From Tubulanus polymorphus (taxonomy: Eukaryota > Animalia > Nemertea), in assembly GCF_964204645.1 (NCBI RefSeq), contig NC_134025.1:16901101-16965100 (forward strand): 64,000 bases of DNA, given 5' to 3'. The first letter of the stretch is position 1. Each line of letters opens with the position of its first letter. This document shows, in pieces, positions 1-13,270 of the stretch. Under the pieces are notes generated by a model that saw nothing but the letters and a program-made list of their open reading frames with translations, searched no databases and was not told the origin of the DNA. The position numbers and the translations under genes were made by a program.

Positions 1-428
1 TCAATAAAAAAAGTGGAGGTATATCTATGAATTTAATAAATTCCAAAGAAAGAGGTCACAAATATAGTTTCTAACTGCCAAGTAATCTTTAATGGATCTT
101 TGATTACAGACCACATACCATTTAGACCTGTTGTTTTGATTTAGAATTATAAGGAGACATTTTCTCACTAATCTTCACTGACTGTGCTGGAATCGAAGTA
201 TCATTGACAGCATCACCAGACAACTGAAGAAATAAATTACACAATTACTAAAACACTATTAAACTACTAAAAATTCATTGAAATCTGTCAGGCTATCAGA
301 GAAATATAAGAGTAGGATATTGTGGCATGAAATGATCACTTAATAAATCCAAATATATCAGTAATAGGGAATAAGTTGTTTCATACCAAAGGTCGAAGGG
401 TCGAGCTCATAAAAAATAAATTCTCGCA

Positions 429-3400
429 AATATTTTATCTATGTAATCTTTGAAATGAATATTCTTTTCTACTACACTTTTGGTTATTCCTTTTAACTTT
501 TTAGCTTCATGTTCTTTAGTTTTATATGAATACATTTTAGATCTAATACCGATGAATTCAATCATTTCTTCACCACCTAATTCATCTTTGAATTTACCAG
601 GAACTTTTTTATTATCATTGCTAAACAATTCATGATCTTTTTTTAAATCATTTGTTAGATTATTAGTTTTTATCTTTAATATGTACGCATCCGTATCTAG
701 ATATAAGATTTCTATATGTTTTTCTCCAAAAAGTGGTTGTATATACATTATAATAGAATTCATACATTAATAACTTTGATATTTCTAAAACTGAAGCACC
801 AACATAGATTGGTTTATTAAATTTCATAGAAGTTCTTCTCATCTTAACTGCAGCTAAATTTTCATCAAATATTCTGTTACCTAAAAACTTAGGATATGTT
901 TGTAAATGCCTTATCCTTTTTACCATTACTTACTAACTCAATATCATTTCTATTTCTAATATTTTCACAAGTCTTGCCATAGAATGCATTATTCATTAAC
1001 TTGAAGAAATCTTTTTCGAAATCAGTTTTAGCTTCAGTTCTCTGTTTGGTGTTAAAATCTATATATTTTTCTAACCACTTAGATTGACTAAATGAAATAT
1101 ATCTATGTACTTTTTTTAGGATCATTCCTTGTTTTAGATAAAACTTTAACATTCTATAATGTACTACATAATTATATTTATCTTCCTGAGTTACCATTAA
1201 CTTTTCTGTATGAATATGATTTTCGGGTTTAATTCTTTTTTGATAATTTGATAATTCTTCATGAGTTACAGTTTTATGTTCTGGACAGTATGCTAGATTT
1301 CTAGATTTAAATTTAATATGTTCAGGATATTCTAAATCTACAACAAAGAAGTAACCAGTATCTGAATCATCTGCAATATCTAGAATTCTTTTCTTCCAAT
1401 CAAATTTATCATTATTTTCATGTTGTGAAACTTCACTTATTTCAAATACTCCGTAAGGTTGTGGTTCCATCATTGCCCAACCATACAAATTATTTGCTAT
1501 ATATCTATATAATCTATATATAATAACTTATATCGAGGGTTATCATTTACATTGAAATATCTATCACCTAATACACCTGAAACTCCTCCTCTTATAGATT
1601 TTTCAAATAATAATAATTGATCTATATTTGTTAACAAATCCATTTTTATATCTGTAAATTTTAATCCACAATCCCATGTTAAACCTGGACTAGAATAACA
1701 ATGACATGGATCAATATTAAAATATTTTAGGTTTACATCTCTAAACCTTTCAAACATATCAGTTAATAATAATACATCTGATTTTAAATATAAATCTACT
1801 AATTGTCCATGATTTTCTATTTTGGAATGATTCCAAATATTCAATGTTCTATTATAGACTTCATCTTTAACATATTCATTTTTTAATTCATCATATAATT
1901 GTTCTTTAAATAATTCAGTTATATTAAAATCATTATGTGATTTATAAAATGAATATGGAATTGCGCCTTTATATCTCATTAATTGAAAATCATCATTATT
2001 TGGGTAGTGTTGCTTTAATATTTTTAATTCATCATCAACTAATGATTTTGATAAGTTATCTAATGAACTATTTAAAAATCTATATGAATCTATAAATCTT
2101 AAACACCCAAATTGGAATGATATATAATTCTCAGACGTTCTAGCTAACATTTTAAATTTATAAGTTGGTATTTTATCTTTTGATCTATTTGAATTTAATC
2201 TTTCTATTTCATTATTAATTTCTTCTATTTTGTGGCATAACTGTTTGATAAATAAATGAGCATCATATCCTGATAGATTATGAAATATAACTGGTACAAA
2301 GTTAATTTTCTTAGCTTGTAAGTTACAATTCTCAAGCGCAGCGCCTCTAAACTTTCCATTCAAATGATCATGGTCTCTTACTTTCTTATCTTTATAATTA
2401 AATATTTTTTCACAATAATAACATTTATCTGCAAACCCAAATGCTTCTTTATCTTCTTCTGTCATTATAATGTCTTTATTTGTATTCAATAATTTACTAA
2501 ATCTTATTTCATATTCAATTGATGTCACAAAAATGATTGATAACATTTTCATTTCTATAATGATTCAATTAATAAGTCACAAAAATGATTAATAACGTTT
2601 TCATTTCTATAATGATAATATTCACTTTTAATTAGTTCTGGATAATCAGATTTCATATATAACCCGAAAGCAGCAGCTGATTGATGAATCTTTTTAATTG
2701 TATTTATTTTTGGTGGTTCATCTGAAAAATCATTTTCATTAGAATTTAATTTCTTTCTTTTATAATATATTTCTTTTCTATCTTGATCAGTTAATTCTTT
2801 ATTTAATGATTCAAAATCTCCATATATAACAAATGGTACCTTATTTTTGTAATCATATATTTTGAATTCTAATATTTTATCATTTTCATTTGGTAAAACT
2901 AATTTACAATAATCATGATTTTCACATAATTGTTTATGATTTAATAATGCACTTTCAGTTCTGAATTTATGTAAACATTTTCTACATAGATATATTTTGT
3001 TATCAAAATCATTTTCTGATTTAAAAAATAAATCAATTCTTTTAATCCACATATAATGATTCTCATGATATAATATATCTATAACACCATTTGAATCATA
3101 ATCTTTTGATAGATATAAAGGTTCTAATGTATAATGTTTTATATTGTTACCTTTTGTATTTGGCAATTTGATTAAATCAGATACATTTATCTTTATATTA
3201 TTATATCTTTCTATTCTTGGGATATTTTTAATTATAACAGGATACTTATCTATCCTATAATTATTTTCAAATGGTTTATAATGAGTTAATCTAAAACTAT
3301 GTGTAATATCTTCTGTTGGATATAAGCAACTTATAATTGCCCATAGAAAACATTTATCATCTTCATTTTGTACATTTATTACAGCATTAGTTTTAAATGG

Positions 3401-4269
3401 TAGTTTAATATAACTAGATGCTTCAATATCTGGTTCTTTATAATATGATACATTATTTTCATCTATTGGTTTTGATTTAGTTAACTTATTATATTTTGTG
3501 TTATAAACATGTAAAGTCATAAATATTATTTCATCAAATATTAAACCAGATCCTTCAAAATATTTCTCTTCTATTTTAGTTTTTACTTCATTATAACATT
3601 TATCTAATTTATCATCTATATGTTGTTTAGATATAATATGTTGTGAATGAGAATTTATATTGTATATTGGTTTATCTTCAGATTTTATGAATTTAACTTT
3701 TGATGAAATACTTATTTTAGGATATTCAACATCAGTTATTATTTTTATTATTTCTTTCATATTATCTAAATGTTTTTTATTTTCTTCTAATGTTTTTCCT
3801 TTATGAAATTTAAACTCGATAGCTGCTGGGCCAATATCACTTTTAAATGCTTCGGTTATCTCTATATCTTTTTATTATCTAATGAATTAATATATTTTCT
3901 TACATCTTCCATGTATGGTCTTTTATTGTTTAATTTATTTCTTATTCTTTTAATTGTCTTATGTTTCTTATCATTATCTTCATCAAAATAATCTTCACCT
4001 AAAATATCATTATTCTTATTTCTAATATGACTTTTAGATTTTAAATGTTCATTATAATATCTTTTATCACTGAATGATTGATTACATGTATCACATTTGT
4101 ATGTTTCTTTTTCATTCTTTAATTCATCTAATTTAGTTTCTAATATATCATCTTTATATTTTAATTTCAATTTATTCTCTAAATGTGTTTTAGTTTTATT
4201 GTGCCTTGCTTTTTGGGATTTATCTATATTGATTTTACATGTTGGACAGTAGTACTTATTTGCTTCCAT
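429..4269 (-). pseudogene. Protein-primed family B DNA polymerase (Polinton type), broken into six ORFs
   Basis: In order: C2H2 fingers (3862-4269); INVQNEDDKCFLWA...HYMWI OTU-like region; endonuclease VII-like CYYC...VRDHDHLNGKFRGA; exonuclease FHNLSGYDAH and YLKSDVLLL; motif A YID..NLYGWAM; motif B KLMNNAFYGK; KPIYVG; motif C YLDTDA; GKFKDE; KLKGI. Frameshifts or stops separate the ORFs. Confidence 0.9.
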
Positions 4270-4331
4270 TTTAATACTAAATTTTTTTTTAAATTGATTT
4301 TAGAAGTTATTCATTTATATTTTATTCATAT

Positions 4332-6756
4332 TGTGGCGAAAATTGTCTATATCTGGGGTGGGTTTGACCACAAAATGTCGGTATTTGGTGAAATTATATT
4401 ATGTATTTCGGAATGGCCTTAAGCCGTTCTTTTCTCATTGTTTCTTTTTAGATGTACGTATTCCGGGACGGGGCTGAGTGTTCTGCGGCGATGTTTCGGG
4501 ATCTTTTCGGCTCAATTTCAATCTGACAGATTTTTGGCAGTTCTGTCAGATTCCAATTTTACGACCTGGGCAGGCCCCCGCGGTGTTGGCCACGCCACAT
4601 CTCGGCGATATTAGCGATTTTTCGGCGCCTGTCCAGGCCATTCTTTTATTCTCCACCTACCTAATAGTGTGTGTTCACCCCTTTTTATATTTGAGACCCT
4701 ACTTCTTTGATTTTGGGCCGTTTTTGTTCCGTCTCGTCGCCGAGGAATTCTCCAGCCCTGCTCGTGTTTACGCTCGTTTTTACGACGCCGTTCGCTGGCG
4801 CCGCCTCACTTCCGTGTGAGCGTTTTCTCGGTGGTGCGGTTGACTCCGGTTTATTTTGTAGTAAATATCTCCGTATCGGTCTTATAGTCGTCATTTTTCG
4901 CGTTAATCTTAAAATATTATAGAACTTAATTCTATTTCTCGCGTATGAAGTCTTTATTTAGGGTTTTATCATTCGTCACGGTCGAATGATTTCGCGTGCT
5001 CTACTTTGTCCGCGGAGCGTATCACTGCTCGTCACGCTTGACCAATCACCGCGTGCGTTGACCGCATGAAAACTATAAATTTGGCGCAATCGCGCTCATT
5101 GGCAACTTGGCTCTGGCAGAGCCACATTAGAAACTCTTTCTTGCTGCCTCTTCACCGTTTTACGAATCGGACGCTGTAAATGGTACAGATCATGTAAGAA
5201 GACAATTTTACTTTCTATTTAAGACACGGGCCTCCGGGTCGTCTGACCCCGGGATCGCTGCAGTGGTTTTTGACATCCCGCCCTCAGTGAGTCCCGGGTG
5301 CCGACGCACCCGGGGGCCGTGTAGTCGTCGGCCATGGGCTGCCGATAAACTCGACACTTACAATCCTGTAAATATTGTAAATTCTCCGTCAATTCATCGT
5401 CTGTTTAAATTCAATCCTTTGACGATGCCAACTTAACGCTCTCGTCGCTGTAATTAGTAATAGTAATAGTAATAATAGTATGGTATATCTTCTGTGCTAT
5501 TTCCGTAATTTTACTCCGAGATGTCGTTTCTGCTGACCATGAAAATCGCCTGTATTCAGTTACTCCTTTTTCGAACGAACACGCGGTCGTTTCATCTTCT
5601 TGACGTCGCCTCTGAATTTCGACTCTTTGAGTTCGCGTCACCGACATTTTGAATTTGGCGCGCAGTCGTTGATTAACGACAACGCTCGTCGTTAACTATT
5701 TGACGCTCCTACGTATAATTCTTATCGTTGATTGACGACAACGCTCGTCGTTAACTATTTGACGCTCCGTCGTATAATTCTTATCGTTGATTAACGACAA
5801 CGCTCGTCGTTAACTATTTGTCGCTCCGTCGTTAACATCTTAATCGTTGATTAGCTTCAACGCTCGTTCACTGAGACCTAAGTTACGCCGGAGTCCGCCG
5901 CGCCACCGCTTCTATTTGACGTTCGGTCGTCTCTTTTGTATGCTACCGTACATTGACTGTACCAAGGCTTTGCAAGCCATGAAGGGAACATTCTTTTCAT
6001 ATATCGAAATGTAAATAATCAAGGTGTTTTGCGTGAGGACATGATGTCCCCTTGGCATCAAGAACGATGAACTTTGTATCATAAGAAAATATATATATTT
6101 AATAATTCGTACTACATTCCAGTCAAACTTCGAATCTTGCGTTTATTTGATTCGCCGGCACTGGAAGGAAGGACGAGGATTTCTGTTTTTTTCCTGCTGC
6201 ATCGAACCCATTTAGTTCTACGTGAGGATCGTTCCCCTATTGACCGTTGCTACGGACAACACTTATGCATACGACTAGTTTGACAGCTCTGGCATGAGTC
6301 GCAATTAGCTCCTGAGATGACGGGGGACAGCTATGTGCGAGAGGGCACTTGGAATGGGGGTAGCCATATCCGCCGAGTAATCAACACTGCGAGTTTCGTC
6401 CGAGGAAAGCCCCTAAAGCGGATTACTCTGAGGAGAGCGGGTTCGGGGGTCTGTATTGGCCACACAGATTAAGGCTACGTGGAGTAGGGAGGCGACTGTT
6501 TGGAGGAGAGCGTACTGCTTAAGCGCCCTTTTTAGCGACATTTTTCAATAGAGGAACAGATTCTACATATTTTATACCATTTACTTTCCTGGGGAAGACA
6601 AGAATCTCCTTGCCGTATTCACTACCCGAGTGCGGTCGACCCAGGCGGACCCGTGTAGCGAGCGCCCCGGCACAGCAGAGTGACTTCGACTACGCTACCT
6701 ATGGACAACAGCAGTCACTACCAGAATTACTATTTTATATGTTTACAACCGCTACA
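4332..6756 (+). mobile_element. Solo LTR (Gypsy-like, ~2.4 kb) or non-autonomous LTR element
   Basis: Ends TGTGGCG...CGCTACA (inverted), with a 4-bp TSD ATAT (4328-4331 and 6757-6760). The empty site is seen intact at 13602-13643 (TTATTCATATATATGAATATTTTAAG). GC-richer than its flanks; CCAAT at ~5042 and TATAAA at ~5074 suggest + orientation. Confidence 0.8.
5666..5868. repeat. 59-bp tandem repeat, ~3.5 copies, inside the solo LTR
   Basis: GTTGATTAACGACAACGCTCGTCGTTAACTATTTG recurs at 5668, 5727 and 5786, with a partial copy at ~5845. Confidence 0.9.
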
Positions 6757-6776
6757 ATATATATGAATATTTTAAG

Positions 6777-6862
6777 AGTAATAGGGGTTTAGTTGTTTCA
6801 TATCAAAGGTTGAAGGGTCGAGTGAGTAAAAAATAAAAAATAAATTCGAGTGTGCGAGAATT
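6777..6862 (+). repeat. Internal copy of the terminal hairpin arm plus loop
   Basis: AGTAATAGGGG...GGTTGAAGGGTCGAGTGAGTAAAAAA...TTCGAGTGTGCGAGAATTT matches 13644-13788 (shorter variant). Confidence 0.85.
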
Positions 6863-7090
6863 TAAAAAGACATTCATTTTAAAGATTACATCAATTGTAT
6901 ATTTAATGAAGAAGTTAGAAAACATAAGATGAAATGTTTAAGATCTGAGGATCATGAAATGTTTATCGACGAGATGGAAAAGGTTAGTTTAAACCCTTTC
7001 GATGATAAAAGATATATATATATATATATATATATATTAGATGATGGTATACACACAGTCGCATATGGTTGCAATTTAGATGATACTTAA
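6863..7090 (+). pseudogene. C-terminal tail of PolB on the opposite strand
   Basis: Reads KDIHFKDYINCIFNEEVRKHKMKCLRSEDHEMFIDEMEKVSLNPFDDKRY(TA expansion)ILDDGIHTVAYG, the typical Polinton PolB C-terminus (K..L..FDDKR....T...G). Confidence 0.85.
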
Positions 7091-7216
7091 AATTTAAAAG
7101 GGATGAAGAGAAAGAGAATGAGATTATTAAAAGATTATAACACGTTAATCAATTTTAGTAAAAAATATGTATAATAAATGGAATAATCACAAACTTTTGA
7201 TATTACAAATAGTGTT

Positions 7217-7580
7217 ATGAATATTTATAAGAAATGTTCAAAATATGAATTGAATAAACAATTCTCGGAATATTATAATCATGAAACTCAGAAAGATGGT
7301 AAGCAAAGTTATTGTAGAACTTGTGTTAAAGAAATAAATAAACATTATCGAGCAAATAATCCAGATTATCAAAAGGAATGGAGAGAAAATCACCCAGATT
7401 ATAACCCAGAATACTTGTGACAATGGCGAACATATAATCGAGAATATTATAATGATTATAAGAATAGTTATCAAAAAGAAAGGTATAAAACAGATCTTAA
7501 TTTTAAATTTAAAACGCATTCACGTTACACTATCTAATTTGCTAATTGTTCGGATGATTTCTTAAAATCATTTGGGCCAT
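7217..7580 (+). pseudogene. Truncated virus-like zinc-ribbon/HNH-type endonuclease N-terminus
   Basis: KKCSK...KDGKQSYCRTC, then past an in-frame stop YQKERYKTDLNFKF. Resembles the N-termini of NCLDV/phage homing-endonuclease-like proteins. Confidence 0.5.
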
Positions 7581-7610
7581 CACAGGTGGCGCTGATATCA
7601 GCAGTAGTTG

Positions 7611-10600
7611 TAACTGTCAAACAATTTATCATTTCAACTATCGAACAATTTATCATTTCAACTGTCAAACAATTTATCACTTCAACTGTCGAACAATTTA
7701 TCATTTCAACTGTCAAACAATTTATCATTTTAACAGTCTATTAGATATTTAAATCATTTCAACTGTCAAACAATTTATCATTTCAACTGTCAAAAAATTT
7801 ATCATTTCAACTGTCAAACAATTTATCATTTCAACTGTCAAAAAATTTATCATTTCAACTGTCAAAAAATTTATCATTTCAACTGTCAAACAATTTATCA
7901 TTTCAACTGTCAAACAATTTATCATTTCAACTGTCAAACAATTTATCATTTCAACTGTCTAACAATTTATCATTTCAACTGTCAAACAATTTATCATTTC
8001 AACTGTCAAACAATTTATCATTTCAACTGTCAAACAATTTATCATTTCAACAGTCGAACAATTTATCATTTCAACTGTCAAACAATTTATCATTTCAACT
8101 GTCGAACAATTTATCATTTCAACTGTCAAACAATTTATCATTTCAACTATCAAAGAATTTATCATTTCAACTGTCAAACAATTTATCATTTCAACTGTCA
8201 AACAATTTATCATTTCAACTATCAAAGAATTTATCATTTCAACTGTCAAACAATTTATCATTTCAACTGTCAAACAATTTATCATTTCAACTGTCAAACA
8301 ATTTATCATTTCAACTGTCAAACAATTTATCATTTCAACTGTCAAAAAATTTATCATTTCAAATGTCAAACAATTTATCATTTCAACTGTCTTATCATTT
8401 CAACAGTCGAACAATTTATCATTTTTACTGTCCAACAATTTATCATTTCAACTGTCAAACAATTTATCATTTCAACTGTCAAACAATTTATCATTTCAAC
8501 TGTCAAACAATTTATCATTTCAACTGTCAAACAATTTATCATTTCAACAGTCGAACAATTTATCATTTCAACTGTCAAACAATTTATCATTTCAACTGTC
8601 GAACAATTTATCATTTCAACTGTCAAACAATTTATCATTTCAACTATCAAAGAATTTATCATTTCAACTGTCAAACAATTTATCATTTCAACTGTCAAAC
8701 AATTTATCATTTCAACTGTCAAACAATTTATCATTTCAACTATCAAAGAATTTATCATTTCAACTGTCAAAAGATTTATCATTTCAACTGTCAAACAATT
8801 AATCATTTCAACTGTCAAACAATTTATCATTTCAACTGTCGAACAATTTATCATTTCAACTGTCAAAAGATTTATCATTTCAACTGTCAAAAGATTTATC
8901 ATTTCAACTGTCGAACAATTTATCATTTAAACAGTCGAACAATTTATCATTTCAACTGTCAAACAATTTATCATTTCAACTGTCTTATCATTTCAACAGT
9001 CGAACAATTTATCATTTCAACTGTCCAACAATTTATCATTTCAACTGTCAAACAATTTATCATTTCAACTATCGAACAATTTATCATTTCAACTGTCGAA
9101 CAATTTATCATTTCAACTGTCAAACAATTTATCACTTCAACTGTCAAACAATTTATCATTTCAACTGTCAAACAATTTATCATTTCAACTATCATTTCAA
9201 CTGTCAAACAATTTAACATTTCAACTGTCAAACAATTTATCATTTCAACTGTCAAACAATTTATCATTTCAACTGTCAAACAATTTATCATTTCAACTGT
9301 CAAACAATTTAACATTTCAACTGTCAAACAATTTATCATTTCAACTGTCTAACAATTTATCATTTCAACTGTCGAACAATTTATCATTTAAACTGTCGAA
9401 CAATTTATCATTTCAACAGTCAAACAATTTATCATTTCAACTGACAAACAATTTATCATTTCAACTGTCAAACAATTTATCATTTCAAATGTCAAACAAT
9501 TTATCATTTCAACTGTCAAACAATTTATCATTTCAACTGTCAAACAATTTATCATTTCAACTGTCAAACAATTTATCATTTCAACTGTCAAACAATTTAT
9601 CATTTCAACTGTCAAAAAATTTATCATTTCAAATGTCAAACAATTTATCATTTCAACTGTCTTATCATTTCAACAGTCGAACAATTTATCATTTCTACTG
9701 TCCAACAATTTATCATTTCAACTGTCAAACAATTTATCATTTCAACTGTCAAACAATTTATCATTTCAACTATCGAACAATTTATCATTTCAACTGTCAA
9801 ACAATTTATCACTTCAACTGTCGAACAATTTATCATTTCAACTGTCAAACAATTTATCATTTCAACTATCAAAGAATTTATCATTTCAACTGTCAAACAA
9901 TTTATCATTTCAACTGTCAAACAATTTATCATTTCAACTGTCGAACAATTTATCATTTCAACAGTCGAACAATTTATCATTTCAACTGTCAAAAGATTTA
10001 TCATTTCAACTGTCAAAAGATTTATCATTTCAACTGTCAAACAATTTATCATTTCAACAGTCGAACAATTTATCATTTCAACTGTCAAACAATTTATCAT
10101 TTCAACTGTCTTATCATTTCAACAGTCGAACAATTTATCATTTCAACTGTCCAACAATTTATCACTTCAACTGTCAAACAATTTATCATTTCAACTATCG
10201 AACAATTTATCATTTCAACTGTCGACCAATTTATCATTTCAACTGTCAAACAATTTATCATTTCAACTGTCAAACAATTTATCATTTCAACAGTCGAACA
10301 ATTTATCATTTCAACTGTCAAACAATTTATCATTTCAACTGTCTTATCATTTCAACAGTCGAACAATTTATCATTTCAACTGTCCAACAATTTATCATTT
10401 CAACTGTCAAACAATTTATAATTTCAACTATCGAACAATTTATCATTTCAACCGTCGAACAATTTATCATTTCAACTGTCAAACAATTTATCATTTCAAC
10501 AGTCGAACAATTTATCATTTCAACTGTCAAACAATTTATCATTTCAACTGTCTTATCATTTCAACAGTCGAACAATTTATCATTTCAACTGTCCAACAAT

Positions 10601-12716
10601 TTATCACTTCAACTGTCAAACAATTTATCATTTCAACTATCGAACAATTTATCATTTCAACTGTCGAACAATTTATCATTTCAACTGTCAAACAATTTAT
10701 CATTTCAACTGTCAAACAATTTATCATTTCAACAGTCGAACAATTTATCATTTCAACTGTCAAACAATTTATCATTTCAACTGTCTTATCATTTCAACAG
10801 TCGAACAATTTATCATTTCAACTGTCCAACAATTTATCATTTCAACTGTCAAACAATTTATAATTTCAACTATCGAACAATTTATCATTTCAACCGTCGA
10901 ACAATTTATCATTTCAACTGTCAAACAATTTATCATTTCAACAGTCGAACAATTTATCATTTCAACTATCGAACAATTTATCATTTCAACTGTCAAACAA
11001 TTTATCATTTCAACTGTCAAACAATTTATCATTTCAACTGTCAAACAATTTATCATTTCAACTGTCAAACAATTTATCATTTCAACAGTCGAACAATTTA
11101 TCATTTCAACTGTCAAACAATTTATCATTTCAACAGTCGAACAATTTATCATTTCAACTGTCAAACAATTTATCATTTCAACTGTCGAACAATTTATCAT
11201 TTCAACTGTCAAACAATTTATCATTTCAACTATCAAAGAATTTATCATTTCAACTGTCAAAAGATTTATCATTTCAACTGTCAAACAATTAATCATTTCA
11301 ACTGTCAAACAATTTATCATTTCAACTGTCGAACAATTTATCATTTCAACTGTCAAAAGATTTATCATTTCAACTGTCAAAAGATTTATCATTTCAACTG
11401 TCGAACAATTTATCATTTAAACAGTCGAACAATTTATCATTTCAACTGTCAAACAATTTATCATTTCAACTGTCTTATCATTTCAACAGTCGAACAATTT
11501 ATCATTTCAACTGTCCAACAATTTATCATTTCAACTGTCAAACAATTTATCATTTCAACTATCGAACAATTTATCATTTCAACTGTCGAACAATTTATCA
11601 TTTCAACTGTCAAACAATTTATCATTTCAACTGTCAAACAATTTATCATTTCAACAGTCGAACAATTTATCATTTCAACTGTCAAACAATTTATCATTTC
11701 AACTGTCTTATCATTTCAACAGTCGAACAATTTATCATTTCAACTGTCCAACAATTTATCATTTCAACTGTCAAACAATTTATCATTTCAACTATCGAAC
11801 AATTTATCATTTCAACCGTCTTATCATTTCAACAGTCGAACAATTTATCATTTCAACTGTCCAACAATTTATCATTTCAACTATCAAAGAATTTATCATT
11901 TCAACTGTCAAAAGATTTATCATTTCAACTGTCAAACAATTTATCATTTCAACAGTCGAACAATTTATCATTTCAACTGTCTTATCATTTCAACAGTCGA
12001 ACAATTTATCATTTCTACTGTCCAACAATTTATCATTTCAACTGTCAAACAATTTATCATTTCAACTGTCAAACAATTTATCATTTCAACTATCGAACAA
12101 TTTATCATTTCAACTGTCAAACAATTTATCACTTCAACTGTCGAACAATTTATCATTTCAACTGTCAAACAATTTATCATTTCAAATATCAAAGAATTTA
12201 TCATTTCAACTGTCAAACAATTTATCATTTCAACTGTCAAACAATTTATCATTTCAACTGTCGAACAATTTATCATTTCAACAGTCGAACAATTTATCAT
12301 TTCAACTGTCAAACAATTTATCATTTCAACTGTCTTATCATTTCAACAGTCGAACAATTTATCATTTCAACTGTCCAACAATTTATCATTTCAACTGTCA
12401 AACAATTTATCATTTCAACTATCGAACAATTTATCATTTCAACTGTCGAACAATTTATCATTTCAACTGTCAAACAATTTATCATTTCAACTGTCAAACA
12501 ATTTATCATTTCAACAGTCGAACAATTTATCATTTCAACTGTCAAACAATTTATCATTTCAACTGTCAAACAATTTATCATTTCAACTGTCAAACAATTT
12601 ATCATTTCAACTGTCAAACAATTTATCATTTCAACTGTCAAACAATTTATCATTTCAACTGTCAAACAATTTATCATTTCAACTGCCAAACAATTTATCA
12701 TTTCATGCTAAACAAT
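7611..12716. repeat. 24-bp tandem satellite (CAACTGTCAAACAATTTATCATTT)n, ~5.1 kb
   Basis: About 210 near-identical monomers with recurring variants and 17-bp short monomers. All the MINCLTVE / YHFNCQTI ORFs derive from it. Confidence 0.98.
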
Positions 12717-12803
12717 TCGTGATCTTTAGGATAGTTACTGAAATTGCAAATGATGTTTTAATGTTTTTAAATCATCAGTTATGTTATTAGTTTTTATCTT
12801 TAA
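12705..12803 (-). pseudogene. Second small PolB fragment
   Basis: The minus strand reads LKIKTNNITDDLKTLKHH..FSNYPKDHELFS, paralogous to LKIKTNNLTNDLKKDHELFS in 407-763. Confidence 0.7.
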
Positions 12804-13270
12804 TATGTGTTATGATATTTTGATTTAAGATGGTGTGATTTATTGCTTCGAGTATAATATTTTCCACAATTACATAAAACGCTTTCATTAGGATTATATT
12901 TAGGCGCAACAATTTCATTATCTAAATTACATTGAATTCCAACATCTTTATATGATTTTTCATTTGGAATGTCAGGGATAAATCTCTTTTCTTGTAATCT
13001 GAAAAACATAACATAGCATTCTCTGAATGGGCAATAACGTAAGTGTAAAAATAATGTTTTATGTGAATTTTCATTATTAAAAAGTGATTGCATTTCATCT
13101 GTAATTATTAAATGTTTATCTTTTCCATCAAATGTTGTGAATTTTGGAATTATTGTATTGAATAAGAATTTATCTTTATCATTCGATAACTCTATTATCA
13201 GATAATGATTTTTAAACACTAATTCAGTAATATTTTTCACTTGAAAACGAAGACGCGCAGTTTTAATCAA
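12800..13270 (-). CDS. Hypothetical viral-type protein with a C-terminal C2H2 finger
   Basis: 156-aa ORF ending CNCGKYYTRSNKSHHLKSKYH, the same finger style as 3862-4269. It has no ATG start; the frame stays open for ~70 bp upstream. Confidence 0.5.
   Translation of the reverse strand: MIKTARLRFQVKNITELVFKNHYLIIELSNDKDKFLFNTIIPKFTTFDGKDKHLIITDEMQSLFNNENSHKTLFLHLRYCPFRECYVMFFRLQEKRFIPDIPNEKSYKDVGIQCNLDNEIVAPKYNPNESVLCNCGKYYTRSNKSHHLKSKYHNTY

Noticed and set aside
7534-12701. MINCLTVE, YHFNCQTI and LSFQLSNN repeat ORFs as proteins, or the array as a CRISPR
   Set aside because: They are translations of a stop-poor 24-bp satellite whose frames are broken by 17-bp monomers. There are no unique spacers and no cas genes.
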